Of a stretch of 62,000 nucleotides of DNA, positions 36,473 to 50,095 are shown piece after piece. Source of the stretch: Vicugna vicugna (taxonomy: Eukaryota); contig MU058221.1 of assembly GCA_013265495.1 (NCBI GenBank), positions 3,534,001 through 3,596,000 of the forward strand. Direction: 5' to 3'. Each line of letters begins with the position of its first letter. Within the stretch, counting starts at the first letter, position 1. The notes beneath the pieces were generated by a model that made no database searches, had not been told where the DNA came from, and saw only the letters and a program-made list of their open reading frames with translations. Position numbers and translations under genes: made by a program.

Positions 36473-37122
36473 TGTTAGAGCAGCAGACAGCTAGATACGA
36501 GCAGAGAAAGGGGGGCGCAGGCCAAATGGCAGGAACTGGGCAGAAAGGCGGGGTCCAGGCCAAATGCAGGAAACCACACATCGTGTGAGCACCAGGGGTC
36601 CCTGGGCAAAGAAAGAAAAGCAGGAACCTCTGGGCTGATAAGGGGTCACACCTTTGGGGGTGATGAGTGGCCCTGAGGCCAACAAAGAAAGGTGGGAAAA
36701 GGCAGGGATCTCCAGTGTCCAAATGTGACCTTTTGCTCATTATGCCCTCATTTCAATAAAACTAGCCTTGCAGATCAGAAGTACCCATCATGCACCGACA
36801 CTTCTGATCCAGACTAAATAAGGACAAAAATTCCTTCCCCCACTTCAGGAAAGTGGCATTGGGATGAAAATCAGGGAATATGACCCCAAACCCTTCCCTC
36901 CGTAGTGAACATTCCACCCATTCATTTTTACTCCCTGTGTAACCAACTTGCCAAAGAAACTCAGGGCGGCCGCTCCCCTGAGCCTGCCCGCTCTCCCCTT
37001 GAGAGTGTGCTGTCCACCCCTTAATGAATCCTCACTTTACTTTCTTAACCTCGGCATCTCCTCTCTGAAATCCTTCTGGGACGGAACAAGAACCTGGAAA
37101 CCGGTTACATCTACCTGCAACA
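36473..37122 (+). mobile_element. Solo ERV LTR (650 bp), same family as 21834-22472
   Basis: TGTTAGAG...GCAACA termini, TSD ATAG/ATGG, and long collinear identity with the reverse complement of 21834-22472. Confidence 0.9.
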
Positions 37123-37160
37123 ATGGGACAATTATTCTCCTTTGTAATTTGCTTGAAAAG

Positions 37161-37161
<1 letters not shown>

Positions 37162-37195
<34 letters not shown>

Positions 37196-37218
37196 TGCAC
37201 GTGTGTGTGTGCGTGTGC
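37162..37218. repeat. (TG)n microsatellite
   Basis: Direct reading. Confidence 0.95.
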
Positions 37219-37689
37219 ACATAGCTCTATGGCACTGGATTGTTGGGAGATTTGTTTGCTTTTTCCAAATTTGCTGACACGTTCCCATGTGACCAGTGTT
37301 CCAATCAAATCACCCTCAGGGCCTCAAAGTCCTCTTCCTCCGCATGTGGTGATAGATACGCCTTAAGAATCCCTTCAGCGGAAGTGTTCTGGCTCTTGGG
37401 CCATTACCCCGTTATTCTTCACCAGAACCAGGGTCTGTGGTGGGAGCTAATTGCTGAGGAGCTCGGGAAGCCTGCAGGCAGTGCTCACACTGTGAAAAGG
37501 CAAACGAGACGTTTGCTCTGGGGGCGGAATTGAAGAGGTACTCCTCACTCAGTAATCAAGATAAATAATATAGTAATGCAATGTTTTACAGCTTAGAGTC
37601 AGTCACCATATTATTCTACGCCTGCGTAGGGGAACAATTAGACTCATTTTGGGTGTCTATAAAATTAATATTACTTTCATCATCGATTT

Positions 37690-38040
37690 TTGTAATAATT
37701 TTCACTTTTTAAAAATAGTGCATTGAAGTTAGAATTGCCATACTTAGGAAAGAAAACATAGGACAGACAGGTAAATTTTAACATTAGATGCACAGCAAGG
37801 ACAATTTTGGTATAAATTTTACATGTAGTATTTGAATTTTGGATGAACTATTACATGAAGTATACTTGTAATTTAAAAAATGATTGTTTTTCCTAGAATT
37901 CAAATTTAAATGCTTCTCTTCTATTTTATCTCGCAGCCCTAACTAAAATACTCTTTGTCTTGATTATAGACTTTTGGCACTCCTTTAATTTTGCAACCCC
38001 CTACATTTTGTACCTGGGGAAAGTCTATATTCCCTCCCTG
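37690..38040. mobile_element. MER53-like hAT MITE (about 37730-37941) nested in a MER91-like element
   Basis: tagaattgcca...tcgcagcccta inverted ends. Flanks aaaaatagtgcatt and cttgattatagacttttggcactcctttaattttgc. Confidence 0.55.
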
Positions 38041-39274
38041 GAAAAAACAAACAAGCAAATATAAAACAGTTAACAAGTTGGATAACAAAGTAAAGACTCC
38101 TTGACAGCAAGCAAACACTAAGGTTACCTACCTGATTGCCTGATGGCAAATTTTATTTATTTGACAATACTGAGACGGGCAAGTTAGTCTTGCGTTTAGC
38201 TAACTAACCAGAGGTCAAATAATTATTTTTATCTGAAAAAAAGTATTTTAGGAAAAACGAACATACAAAAAGATCTTGAAAGTAATTATTCCTCTCTTTT
38301 GAGGATTAAAGAAATATTGTTCTAATCGCATTGTCACATCCAACATCATGTGAAATGACTCAGATGGTAAGTAAGTCCCTCCTCGTTTATAATAAGCTCT
38401 CTTCTAATGTAATTTGAGCAGAGTCAGCAAGATGACTGTCAGATGTTAACACATGAGACGTTTTTTAGCAAATGGTGAAGGAACGTAACCTTTAAAAATT
38501 CCAACGTAATCACATACAGTGAGGCATACTTGTTTACCTATGTCTATTTTTTCTTCTTCTTCTTCTTTTTTTTACATTTGTTCCTGTTATTTTAAAAGTT
38601 GCTGGATATGAATGCATTAACGTACCTTGAAGTGATATTTTGTCAGGGAAAAAGCATGCCGTGAGATGTTAACTGCACAACGTTAAGGAAAAACATCTGT
38701 AAACAGCGCAGGGGAAATACTGTCGGCTGATCGTTTCACTATAAGCTGCAGGAAAAATGGGTTTTAAGGTAGAAAAAGCATCATTATAAATATTTAGTCA
38801 CTTTGCTTCAGGCATGAAAAAATGAATATAGTAGGTGTAGAGAATTCAAGTGACGGCATCGTGTTTTCTTAAGGTGGCCATAAAAAGGTGCAAGTTAAGG
38901 CAGATTATTGACTTCACAGTTATTTGATGGGAAGGATACATGTCAAGAAGGTGATGGTGATTCCACACTCTGAGTTTTGGAGTTACAAAGGCCTGTTTTG
39001 TATGGTTTTGTGCCTGCGTGTGGGTGTGTGAGAGAGAGAAAAAGAGTGGGAGAGAGAAGCAGAGACACAGAATCATTTTAGGCTTTTGGATTTGCTTAAA
39101 CGGGAGTGGTAGCCACAGTGACAATGAACACTTTTACCTCTACCAACATGATCACCCTTTTACCTCTATTAATAATGATCTCTCGCTATGTCTGAGGCCT
39201 GGAATGAAAGAGTGGACATCGTCTCATGTGCAATGAAAAAGAAACAACAAAACTAATGAAGTGCACCTTTCTTT

Positions 39275-39767
39275 TACACAGCTCTAGGGTCCTTCCCTCC
39301 CTCCAAAAAAAATCCATGTTCACTTGGAACCTCAGAATGTGACCTTATTTGGAAATAGTCTTTGCAGATGTAATTAGCTCAGTATCTTGAGGTGATACCA
39401 TTTCATATTTAGGGTGTGTCCTAAATCCAATGACTGATAGCCTCATAAGAAGAGGAGCGCACTTCTGCATATATATCCAGAGGGAACTCTAATTCAAGAA
39501 GATACATGCACCCCAGTGTTCACAGCAGCAACTATATACAATAGTCAAGACATGAAAGCAACCTAAATGTCCATCGACCGATGACTGGACAAAGAAGTTG
39601 TGATATATTTATACAGTGGAATACTACTCAGCCATAAAAAGAAAATAATGCTATTGCAGCAATATCAGTGGACCTATAGATTGTCATTCTAAGTGAAGTA
39701 AGCCAGAACGATAAAGAAAAATACCATATGATAGCACTCATATGTGGAATCTGAAAGAAAGAAAGAA

Positions 39768-39811
<44 letters not shown>

Positions 39812-40435
39812 CAGACAAAGAAAGAAAGGCACTATGAACTCATTTACAAAACAGAAACAGACTTGCAGACATAGTAAATAATCTTATGGTTACTGGGGAA
39901 AGGGGGTGTGAAGGGATAAATTTGGGAGTTGGAGATTTACAAATGTTAGCCACTATATGTAAAATAGATTTAAAAGAGTTTCTTCCGTATAGCACAGGAA
40001 ACTATGTTCAATATCTTATAATAACCTTTAATGAAAATGAATATGAAAATGAATATATGTATGTATATGCATGACTGGGACATTGTGCTGCGCACCAGAA
40101 ATGGACACACTGTAACTGACTATTCAATTAAGAAAAAAAAAAAAGACGGGCGGATACTAAGAGACGTAGAGAAGAACACAATGTGAAGGTGAAGATTGGA
40201 GTGATGCATCTACAAGTCAAGGAAAAGCAAAAATTGCCAACACACGCCTGAAGCTAAGACAGGGGCATGGGATGGTTTCTCCCTCAGAGACTCCAGAAGG
40301 AACCAGCCCTGCAGACAACTCCATTTTTGACTTCTGGCCACCTCTATTGTGAGGGAATGCATGTCTTTTGTTTTAAGCTGCCCAGTTTGTGGCAATTTGT
40401 CCAAGTAGTCCGAGAAAACTTCTGTCACAACTAAT
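39275..40435 (+). mobile_element. MLT1C/D-type LTR split by an L1
   Basis: ggaacctcagaatgtgaccttatttggaaatag...; after the L1, gaaggaaccagccctgc...ttgttttaagctgcccagtttgtggcaatttgt. Confidence 0.85.
39460..40143 (+). mobile_element. 5'-truncated L1 3' end with an internal (AAAG)n
   Basis: ORF2-end/3'UTR motifs, poly-A, and imperfect TSD AAGAGGAGCG/AAGACGGGCG. Confidence 0.85.
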
Positions 40436-41889
40436 AAACTAGCAGTCATTCTGTAAGCACATACGGACGGTGGATGCACTTTAGGGCAGTGCTTCAAACC
40501 GGAATGTTTATGTGAACTACCTGAACATCGTGTTATCTGCAGAGTTCTTTTCACTGGGTCTCACTCAGGAAGGTTCAGAGCCAACACAGACGTAACAAGC
40601 AATGAGGTGACACCTATTAGCTGGTTCTAGAATGACCTTTTTTAATGCCAAAGCCATAAGAGGCCACAACAAAGAACTGTAATTCGTGAAAGTCATTCAG
40701 ATGATGCTTGCCATCTATGCAGAAAGGTAAATCATACTAACGTGAGAAGTTATGAGCAGTTGAAACGGTACATGATACATAGCCCATTATCAAAGAAAAT
40801 AAATATTAAAACAACTTTAGAAAATCAAGTTATCAGTGCGTTTTGGAGTAACCATAAACAACCTTGATAAAAGGATGACAAGTTTGGGGGAGGAATTTCA
40901 GACGAAGATGAGAAACAGTAAGATTAGACCAGTTAGTGCAAGTGATGGTAGACAGCACCGGAGAAGCATATGAGAAAGACACAAAGCAGTATAATATGAT
41001 GATACAATCACCATTTAACTACTGTACCTGTCAGAAGTTTACAGTAACCAAAATCTAGTGAAAATGTGGCTGCATTTGCACATATTTATAGGGTGCAGTA
41101 CTCTCTTGCAGTTTATAGCATACATAACAGAAGGCAGAATATAATGTTCTATAAATAAAATTATTACTGCTATATAAAAACACCGAGCAGTGTGAGAGGC
41201 TCTGGATTTGTTAGGATGGGAGCAATGCATGCTGTTTGTTTTGTTTCTTCTTTATTTTATTTCTACTATTATTTTTATTGTTCTCAATTCTGGGACTACT
41301 ATTTCAATAGCCAGTGCCTTTGGGTCTTGTACTGAAATATAGAATTCAGATGCCAATTTAGTTCACAGACTCATGGGGGATTTTCCAGATGTTATGATGC
41401 CTGCCATAGAACACTAACGATGCCTTCAGCATATTCCAAGGGATGTATTTTGACCAAAAGTTACATAAGTAACAAAATACATTTCTCGGAGTAATATTTT
41501 ACAATCCTCTTACAATTTCTACTCTTAGCAGCATTGCCATGACAAACAACAGGAGCATTATCAGGAGAAAGTGAAAAAGAACTTGATTCTAAATTTATTC
41601 TTGGAGTTTTTGTCTCCTGGTGAATTTTCAGCAGCATATAATAGACCAACATTATCAGTGAACATATTTCTGATGGAGCTGAGTTGCATCCTCTGCTTTG
41701 GTTAGCACCAATAGTACTACCCCATACATCAAACAGAGAAAGAGCAGTGACAAGTTCTGTGTAAAAGTTAGGTGTGAGTTGTCACTGTTCGGGAAAAAAA
41801 AAAAAGAGATGGCACCCTTTAATAGATAAAGAAATATAGGTTGATAGAGGATAATTCACGTATACAATATTAACATATCACTCTTACTT

Positions 41890-42239
41890 TAGACTGTGCC
41901 CCCCACCCCAAATTCATAAGTTGATACTTAAGCCCCAATGTGATAGTCTTTGGAGATGAGAGGCCTCTGGAAGGTAGTTAAGTCATGAGGATGGGGCCCT
42001 CACTAGTGGGATTGGTGCCCTCACAAAAGAGACCCCTGAAAGTTCCCTTGCCCTCTCCACTATGGGAGAACACAGCAAGGTAACAGCCTATGAACCAGGA
42101 AACAGGGCCTCACCAGACACCAAAACTGCAGGAGCTTTATCTTAAGACCCCCCAGGCTCCAGAAGTCTGAGAAATAAATGTTTGTTATTTAAATCCCTCA
42201 GTCTGTGATAACTTTGCTGTAACAGCCCAAACTGAGACA
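41890..42239 (+). mobile_element. MLT1A-type LTR
   Basis: ccccaaattcata...ccccaatgtgat...gagaaataaatgtttgttattta...cagcccaaactgagaca. Confidence 0.85.
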
Positions 42240-44087
42240 GCTCCACACCCCCTTCACTGAAGAGGGCTCTGCATAGATGTCTGTTTTCAACGGAAGTTTT
42301 TCTCCTCCAGGAGATGTTATTACTGCTCGTAACAAGTGAAAATTTGAAATTTGTGTTTCAAACAGGAGACAGTTATGCCTCATCAATGCATGTGTAAATA
42401 AAATAATAAACAACCAATGAAAAATGTGAGTTTTTCATCGAGTTACAGATGTCTGAATATTCAGAACAGCCTGACAGGTTGATTAAATGCAAGGCAAAGT
42501 CATGTCATCTGAAGATTGATCAGCCACAAGCTCTCCAAAGGAGTTTGTATGTTTTTTAGCATTTTGAATCCTTCCAAATGCACGCAAATAGTTGTTTTGA
42601 AAATGAGATCCTACCTTTTGTGAGTACACACTAAAATATTTATGTTTGAAATGACATGATGCCTAGCGTGTAATTTGCTTCCGATAATAAAGGCAAAGGA
42701 GAAGTAGATGGAGGTAGAGATGGAGTGTGCTATTATTTCTCATTTTTAGGTTATGTTCAAATTGTTTATAATAGAAAAGGAAAATATTATTTACAAACTC
42801 CCTCAATTTAGCATCTCCTATCCATACATTGTACTCCCAGCAAAATTCTTAGCACATTTTATTGCTGGTGTTTCTCTCTCATGCTAGACTATGGGTTTCT
42901 CAGTGGAAAGAACCATGTTTCTTTTGCTCATCATGGTAACCACAGAAGTTAGCACAGTGCCTGGCAGACTTTGGGGGCTTATCAACTATTCATTGTGTAA
43001 GTACATCTACGACTAAGTGAATATGACCACAACGATTTTTGATAGTTTCCTGTGACTTTTAGAATTGAAAACACTCGGTCACGGGTCAGTAGGATGATGG
43101 CCTTTAATGATGCTCTGAGGAACCGCCTCACTTCTCCTGTTTGCCAACGTTATATCAGAGGCCACATCCAATGTGACTCATTGAAACTGAAATAAACCAA
43201 CAGTTGATTCTGTCTGTACCCCCTTGGGGAAGCAATTCCAAAAAGCCTCTTGTTTCTTGTCTGTTTATTTTATATTATAGCAAATATTACATTTTCCGAC
43301 CATAGGATCCTGCCTCTTAAAACATTAAACATTCTTTGTCTTACACAGACAGTAAAACCTTATTAAATCGTCTGTGTTCCATCTAAGGTAGTTTGTTACT
43401 TTCTCCCTTCAGAGTGTATTTAACCAGTTCTAAAATCCTACCAGCCAAATCCAAGCAGGAGATTTGAAATATGATCTCTCTCTTTTTCTTTCTGTGTGTG
43501 TGCGTGCGTTTGGTGTTAAAAGAAATGGGAACTTTCCTAACTTTGAGACACAAGAACACAACAATAATTATTTGAATCAGATCTAAGTTATATTATTTAA
43601 GCAGATTCATATTTTCAAGAAAGAGACTTGTTTTTCTTTGGCTCCCATCTGAGATCTTCAGCCTGGAGTGAATAAGAATTTTACCACATGTACAACTAGA
43701 ACAGAGAAATGGGGACGAGAGTGAGTGTCACGTCAAGGCTTCCTCCTACTGTCCAATTCTGGGTCTATAGTTCCCTGTTTAAGGATTATTAAAATAGGGT
43801 GTATGTGTGATGTAGCTTTTAAGCGTGTCGGAGAGAATAAAACGTGAAAGAATATGGCTATGAATTGTTAATCGGGAAAGCGTCAGTCAGGGTAGAGTGA
43901 TGACAAGCAACACATGGAAGCTCTATTTTTTTTTCATTTTTCAGTTTTATTAGGTAGAATTGTTACAGTTTGCACACATACAATATATTGCATGTAAAGA
44001 CATGTACACAATTTACTGCACATATTTTTTAAAATTTACATACATGTACTTTTTGTTGTTTCTAAGAACGTTAAGAGCTTTAGCTTT

Positions 44088-44339
44088 TTTTTAACATTTT
44101 TTATTGATTTATAATGATTTTACAATGTTGTGTCAAATTCCAGTGTTCAGCACAATTTTTCAGTCATTCATGGACATATACACACTCATTGTTGCATTTT
44201 TTTCACTGTGATTTATCATAACATTTTATCCTATCATAACATTTTGTGTATATTTCCCTGTGCTATACAGTGTAATCTTGTTTATCTATTCTACAATTTT
44301 GAAATCCCAGTGGAGGGTGGGAAGGGATAGACTGGGATT
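44088..44339 (-). mobile_element. Short L1 3' end with a 28-bp 5' inversion
   Basis: Perfect 14-bp TSD AGAGCTTTAGCTTT (44074-44087, 44340-44353). 44312-44339 is inverted. Confidence 0.9.
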
Positions 44340-44419
44340 AGAGCTTTAGCTTTCTGAACTCACATAGTTATCAAAGGAATAAAGCCAACCACAAAATAAG
44401 AATTAATACAATAATACAC

Positions 44420-44944
44420 ATACACGCCAGCTGTTAACAGCAACATTATTTATAATTGCCAAGATATGGAAACATCCTAAGTGCACGTCAATCGATGAAT
44501 GGATAAAGAAGATGCAGCTTATATATGTAATGAAATACAATTCAGCCATAAGAAAGAAGGATATTTTGCCATTTGTGGCCCTTCATTCGCTTTTTTCTTT
44601 TTTGCATTTCCAAAACCAGAATTTTATAACAGGCATAAACATTTCCATTGCACCAAAAACAACAAATACCTAGAAGTAAACTTAACCAAGGAGGCTCCCT
44701 GTACCCTGAAAACTGTAAAACATTGATGAAGGAAATTGAAGATGACACAAAGAAATGGAAAGATAACATGTGCTCTTGGATTGGAAGAATCAACATTATC
44801 AAAATGGCTGTAGTACCCAAAGCGATCTACAGATCCAATGCAACCCCTGTTGAAATACTCACATTGTTCTTCACAGAACTAGAACAGACAATTCCAAAAT
44901 TTACATGGAACCATAAAAGACCCTGAACTGCCAGAGCAATCTTC
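44420..44944 (+). mobile_element. L1 ORF2 fragments in non-collinear order
   Basis: ORF2-end piece 44420-44580 lies upstream of a more 5' ORF2 piece (track ORF 44648..44926, LYPENCKTLMKEIEDDTKKWK...CSWIGRINIIKM). Confidence 0.85.
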
Positions 44945-46950
44945 TGTAGGTCTTTTTCTTTTCCTTTCTTCTTTTTGTTCTCTTTCCTTATGATTTGATG
45001 ACTAGAGAAGTTCCTTTAACATTCGTTGTAGCGCTGGTTTGGTGGTGCTCAGTTCTTTTAGCTTTTGTCTGTGAAGCTTTTGATTTCTCCATCAAGTCTG
45101 AGCGAGAGCCTCGCTGGGTAGAGTCTTCTTGGTTGTAGGTTTTTCCCTTTCATCACTTTAAATATATCGTGCCTCTCCCTTCTGGCCTGTAGAGTTTCTC
45201 CTGAAAAATCAGCTGATAACCTTATGGGAGCTCCCTTGTATGTTATTTCTTGATTTTCTCTTGCTAATTTTAATATTTCCCCCTTATCCTTAATTTTTGT
45301 CAGTTTGATTACTCTATGCCTTGGTGTGTTCCTCTTTGGGCTGATCCTGTGTGGAACTCTTTGCACTTCCCGGACTTGGGTGGCTGTTTCCTTTCCCAGG
45401 TTGGAGAATTTTTTGGTTATTATCTCTCCAAAGAGTTTCTCAAGTCCTTTCTCTCTCTCTTCTTTTTCTGGGACCCCTATAATGCCAATGTTAGTGCACT
45501 TCATGTTGTCCCAGAGTTCTCTTAAACTATCTATCCTCAGTTCTTCTCTTTCTTTATCCTTTTTTCTGTTCTGAAGTAGTGATTTCCACTAATCTGCCTT
45601 CTAGCTCACTGATCCATTCTTCTGCCTCATTTAGTCTATTCTTGGTTCCTTCTCGTGTGTTATTCATTTCAGTGATTTTATTCTTCAACTCTGTTTCGGT
45701 ATTGTTTCTATTTTCCAGCTCTTTGCTAAAAACTTCGCTCTGTGCATTTATACTCCTCTTGAGATCTTTGAACATCTTTAGACCCTTTCTCAGATAAATT
45801 GCCTATCTCCTCATCACTTATTTCTTCTTCCAGGATTTTATCTTGTGCCTTGGCCTGGGAGATATTCCTCTGCTGCCTCATCTTGTCTGCCTTTCTATTT
45901 GTATTTTTAGGTAGGTTAGTTACAGTTCTTGACCTTGGAGAGGTGGCCCTCTGTGGGAGATGTCCTATATGTGCCAGCAGTACACTCCTCTTTTGTTACC
46001 CAAGGTCCAGGGTCCAGCCAGTCCCAGTGTAGAATCTGGCCTGTGTGTGTGGATTCCTTCCACAGGCTTTGGGATGGTTATTTTCTTATTTCTGGTATCA
46101 GCCCCTGGTGGATGAGGCTGGACTAGAGGCTCATGCAGGATTCCTGGCAGGAGGAGCCGGTGCCTGCCCACTGCTGGGTGGAGCTTGGTTCTGGACCTCA
46201 GGTGGGTAGGGCTGTGTCTGGAGGTATTTGTGGCTCAAGAAGTCTGGCGGGTGTGGCTGTGTTCCCACCTGGTATGTTGTTTGGCCTGAGGCTTCCCTAC
46301 AGGCTGTTGGGTGGGGCTGGGTCTTGGTGCTAATGATCCAATTATGATGTCAGCCTCCAGAAAAGCTCAGGTAGATGAACACTCCTGGAATGTCCGTCAT
46401 CAGCTTTTATGTCCCCTGGGTGAGCTGCAGCTGTCCCCTATGTCCCCGGGAGGCCTTCCAAATCCAGCAGGCAGCCCTGTCCCAGGCTCCTATGAAATCA
46501 CTGCCTCTGCCCTTGGACCTGGCACACTTGGGTTTCGGTGTACGCTCTCCAAGAGAATGGAGTCTCTGTTTCTCCCAGTCCCATGGGGCTCCTGGAGCCA
46601 AGCCCCGCTGGCCTTCAAAACTAGATGTCCTGGGGTCTCCTCCTCCTCGCAGGGCCGGAACCCGGGCTGGGGAGCCTCACATGGCGCTGAGAATTCTCGC
46701 TTCCGTGGGAGGGTCTGTGCAACTTAAATATTCTTCAGCTTGTGGGTCGCCCACCTGGCTAAGCACGCCCGAGCACGCCCCTCCTATCGTCCTGCTGTGG
46801 TTCCGTCTTTATGTTTCCAGTTGAAGAAGATCTTTTGTGCTGGGCTCCAGTCTGTTTTCCGATGGTTGTTTAGCAGTCAGTTGTGGCTTCGTTGTCATCT
46901 CGAGGAGAGGCGAGCTTGTGGAGCTCGTGGTCCTACCACTCTGCCATCTG
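44945..46950 (-). mobile_element. L1 5'UTR plus disrupted ORF1, 3'-truncated
   Basis: Track ORFs 45554..45775 (coiled coil) and 45058..45504 (NIGIIGVPE...TPRH..IKL...PIRLSADFS) are L1 ORF1p. The GC-rich 5'UTR starts agatggcagagtggtaggac. Confidence 0.92.
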
Positions 46951-48519
46951 CAGAGCAATTCGGAGACTTTGTAAATTTGATTGCTTATATATTGCATGAG
47001 TATGCTATTTTTTTTAAATTTTGTATCGAAGTATAGTTGATTTACAATATTAGTTTCAGGTGTACAGCAACTAATTTTTGCAGACCATTTGCAAGACACC
47101 CTACCTAAGTCAGGAAAGAGGTAGCTTGGGTTTTTGGTTAAAAAGCAATGCTTAATGTTTGAAGTTTGTTTCAGTATCGTTTACATGCTCGTGGTGAGAG
47201 CTCTATTGTTTTCTAATTAGATACTCCGTTATTAAGTAAACACCATCGTTTGTGTATTGGTTTTGCTTTGCTTTTTTTGTTTGTTTGTTTTAAAGTTGCC
47301 TTAAACTATCTTTCCAGGATTTACTTACTTAATATTTCTCTTTTTCAAAAACAAAGTTTTTGCTCCATAGTCTACATTGAAATATTTTTGATGGAGGAGG
47401 AATGATTTATTATTTTATAAGAAGTAAGTTTTATTCATGTAACAAGGCTAGCTGTTATCACTTAACTTCGAAAAGAACAGAAGTTCAACACAGATGAGAA
47501 GTGGGGTGCTGGCCTCTGAATGTGTGATTCTGCATCTCTCCAATTAAGAAAACCACACTGAGGAATAGAATAAAAAATAACAAGCAGGTTGTTATTTCTT
47601 CATCTGAATTGAAGCCTTATTTTTTTTTCCCCATCATTTTCTTAGAGGGCAATTATTGCTACTTCTTACAAAAGATCCTTTTGTTAGAAAAAAAAGGGAA
47701 CTGATTTTTCTTTTATTCCCAATAGAATATAGAGGCAGCAGAATAAAAGCACAATCATAATGAATACAATCCTAAATTCTTTCAGAGTAATTATAACACC
47801 CTAAAATTGTTATTAATCAAGGACAAAGTGTGTTGAGATATATTTCCATGTTAATTTTGGCATCTAGAAATGAACTAAAAACCCACTAGATTAGACCATA
47901 GAAATCCCCTATGGAGACAAATTACACAGTTGTTGGTTATCTCTATTAAACTCGGGACCATAGGTCTGTTAATTGACTGCTCATAATCAAGAGAAAATGT
48001 CTTCACAGCATTCTATAAAGAACACGGTCAAATCTCAAGTCTGGTTCTGCTAACTTGATAATGTAAACCTAAAGTTTGTTCATTCTCTTCTCTTTTCAGC
48101 CATTATTTAATGAAACTAACCTCAGTGGGATATCTTATCACCAAAGCTTAATTGCTTTGAGATTTATAGGGATGCATTTAGAAATAGCTAACTCCAAGGA
48201 ATGAATAAATTCCTGGGAATAGCATAATTACTATTGGTGCATTTATTTTCTTTAAAACCTGCAACATGTATTGAAAACTACATATGCAAGCCAAATATTT
48301 ATCCAAATGCCAAGTGTAGTTAATATAATTCAGGTTAAACAATGATGCCATGTTTAGAAATTTTATGTGTCGAAAGTTGCAGTTTATCTGCACAGTGAGT
48401 TTATCTCCTGATGGAAATCACTTGGGGATTTTCTTAAATATTCAAATCTGCAAACTGCCTGGAGATTGTGATGCAATGCAGTTGTTATCAATCTTCATAT
48501 TTATGTGTCAGAAAGAATT

Positions 48520-49575
48520 CCACAGGTCACTTTCAGTCCAGACAAAGTCGCCTAGACCCATTTTTCCCTGTCCCTTCCCATTAAATACAACTATAAACCC
48601 TGAAAATGGAGAAGGTGACAACTAGAGAACCCGGAAATGAGATGAGATGGAGAACTGGTTTGGGATCCTGGCACTGGAGAAATAGTATGGTCGTAGGTTT
48701 CTTGTATCCATCCCACCAAATAGAGGGTGGCTACTCAGAGCCAGCATTTCCTGACTTTCAGTGAAACAGCAGAAGACAGCACAGGGACATTCATTCCTGC
48801 CACGGATTGAACTAAATCCCTCTGAAAACGTTAGATGAGCCCTACTCCAGGTAAGATTGGGAGGCTTGGTGGAGAATGGGAATGTCTCTCCCCATCTCTG
48901 AGCTTGAGACTATCCCCAAACTGAGAAACAAACAAACAGACAAACAATCAAACAAAAGACAGGTGGGGCGTGGGGAAGAACAGAACAGAATATCCAAGTG
49001 TTATGGGACAATTAAAAAAGGTGTGACAGGTCTGTAATGGGAATCCCAGAAGGAGAAGAGAGAGAGAGAAAGGAATAGAAGAAATATTTGGAACAATGAT
49101 GACCAAGAGTTTCCCCAGTTTAATGTCAAACACCCAACCACAGATCCAGGAAGCTCAGAGAACACCAAGCAGGAAAATGCAGGAAAAACTACGCCTCCAT
49201 TTGACACTGCAGAACATAGAAAATAAAGTACTGAAAGAAGCCAGAGGGAATTCACAGATAAGAATGACATCTGACTTCTCCTCCGAAACGATGCCAGGCA
49301 AGAAGAGAGTGGAGTGAAATCCCTAAAGTGTTGAGAGAAAAAACACCACCAGCCAAATTCTGGATGTGAAATTATCCCTCAAAAGTTAAGGAGAAATAAA
49401 GTCTTTCTCAGATAAGCATAATTTGAGAAACATTGTTGCCTGTAGACCTGCCTTGCAAGAAATGTTTAAAAAGAATTCTTTAGGGAGAAGGGAAATGAAA
49501 CTCAGATCTACATGAGGAGAGGAAGAGAATCAAAGGAGGTATAAGTGAAGGTAAAATAAAAACTTCATTTTTGTA
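48520..49575 (+). mobile_element. Old L1 5'UTR/ORF1 remnant
   Basis: Track ORF 49096..49317 (PQIQEAQRTPSR...IRMTSDFSSETM) is L1 ORF1p-like. Confidence 0.85.
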
Positions 49576-49682
49576 AATCCAGAATACAGACCTCATTGGA
49601 AGTCCCCAGTGATCTACATTTAAGCTTCTGTTCTCCCTTGTCTTAAATGCGCTCCTGTTTCTTCCCTTCTGTCTGTGCTCTG

Positions 49683-50095
49683 GCATTAGTCAGGGTTCTC
49701 CAGAGAGAAGGAAACATTGCAGATTGATAGCTATTTCCTTATATATATATTTCTATGCATATATGTGTATAATATATATAGCATATGATATATTGGTTAC
49801 TTATTATATTGCTATAATAGGATATATAGAGAGAGCGAGCTAGAGATATAGATTATATATAATACATAATATCCCCCTGTCTCTCTCTCAGGCAGGATTT
49901 GATGATACAGTATTGAGACAAAGTTATTCTTCTCTAGGAAACCTCACCTGTTGCTTTGTGTTCGTAAGGTTTTAATTGATAGGATGAAGCCCGCACAGTA
50001 TATGTGTATGTGATTGTGAATGTCAGCCTCATCTGTACAACACCTTCATGTGATACCTGGATGAGCATTTGATCACATCACTGGGTGCTCTCACT
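49683..50095 (-). mobile_element. MLT2 (ERVL) LTR with an internal AT-rich expansion
   Basis: attagtcagggttctccagaga terminus and taattgataggatgaagcccgcaca. Confidence 0.7.

Noticed and set aside
21834..37122. Two homologous LTRs as the ends of one provirus
   Set aside because: They are oppositely oriented, have separate TSDs, and no gag/pol/env was recognised between them.
45799..47099. Cluster of overlapping ORFs on both strands
   Set aside because: GC-rich L1 5'UTR with few stop codons; no evidence of a host gene.
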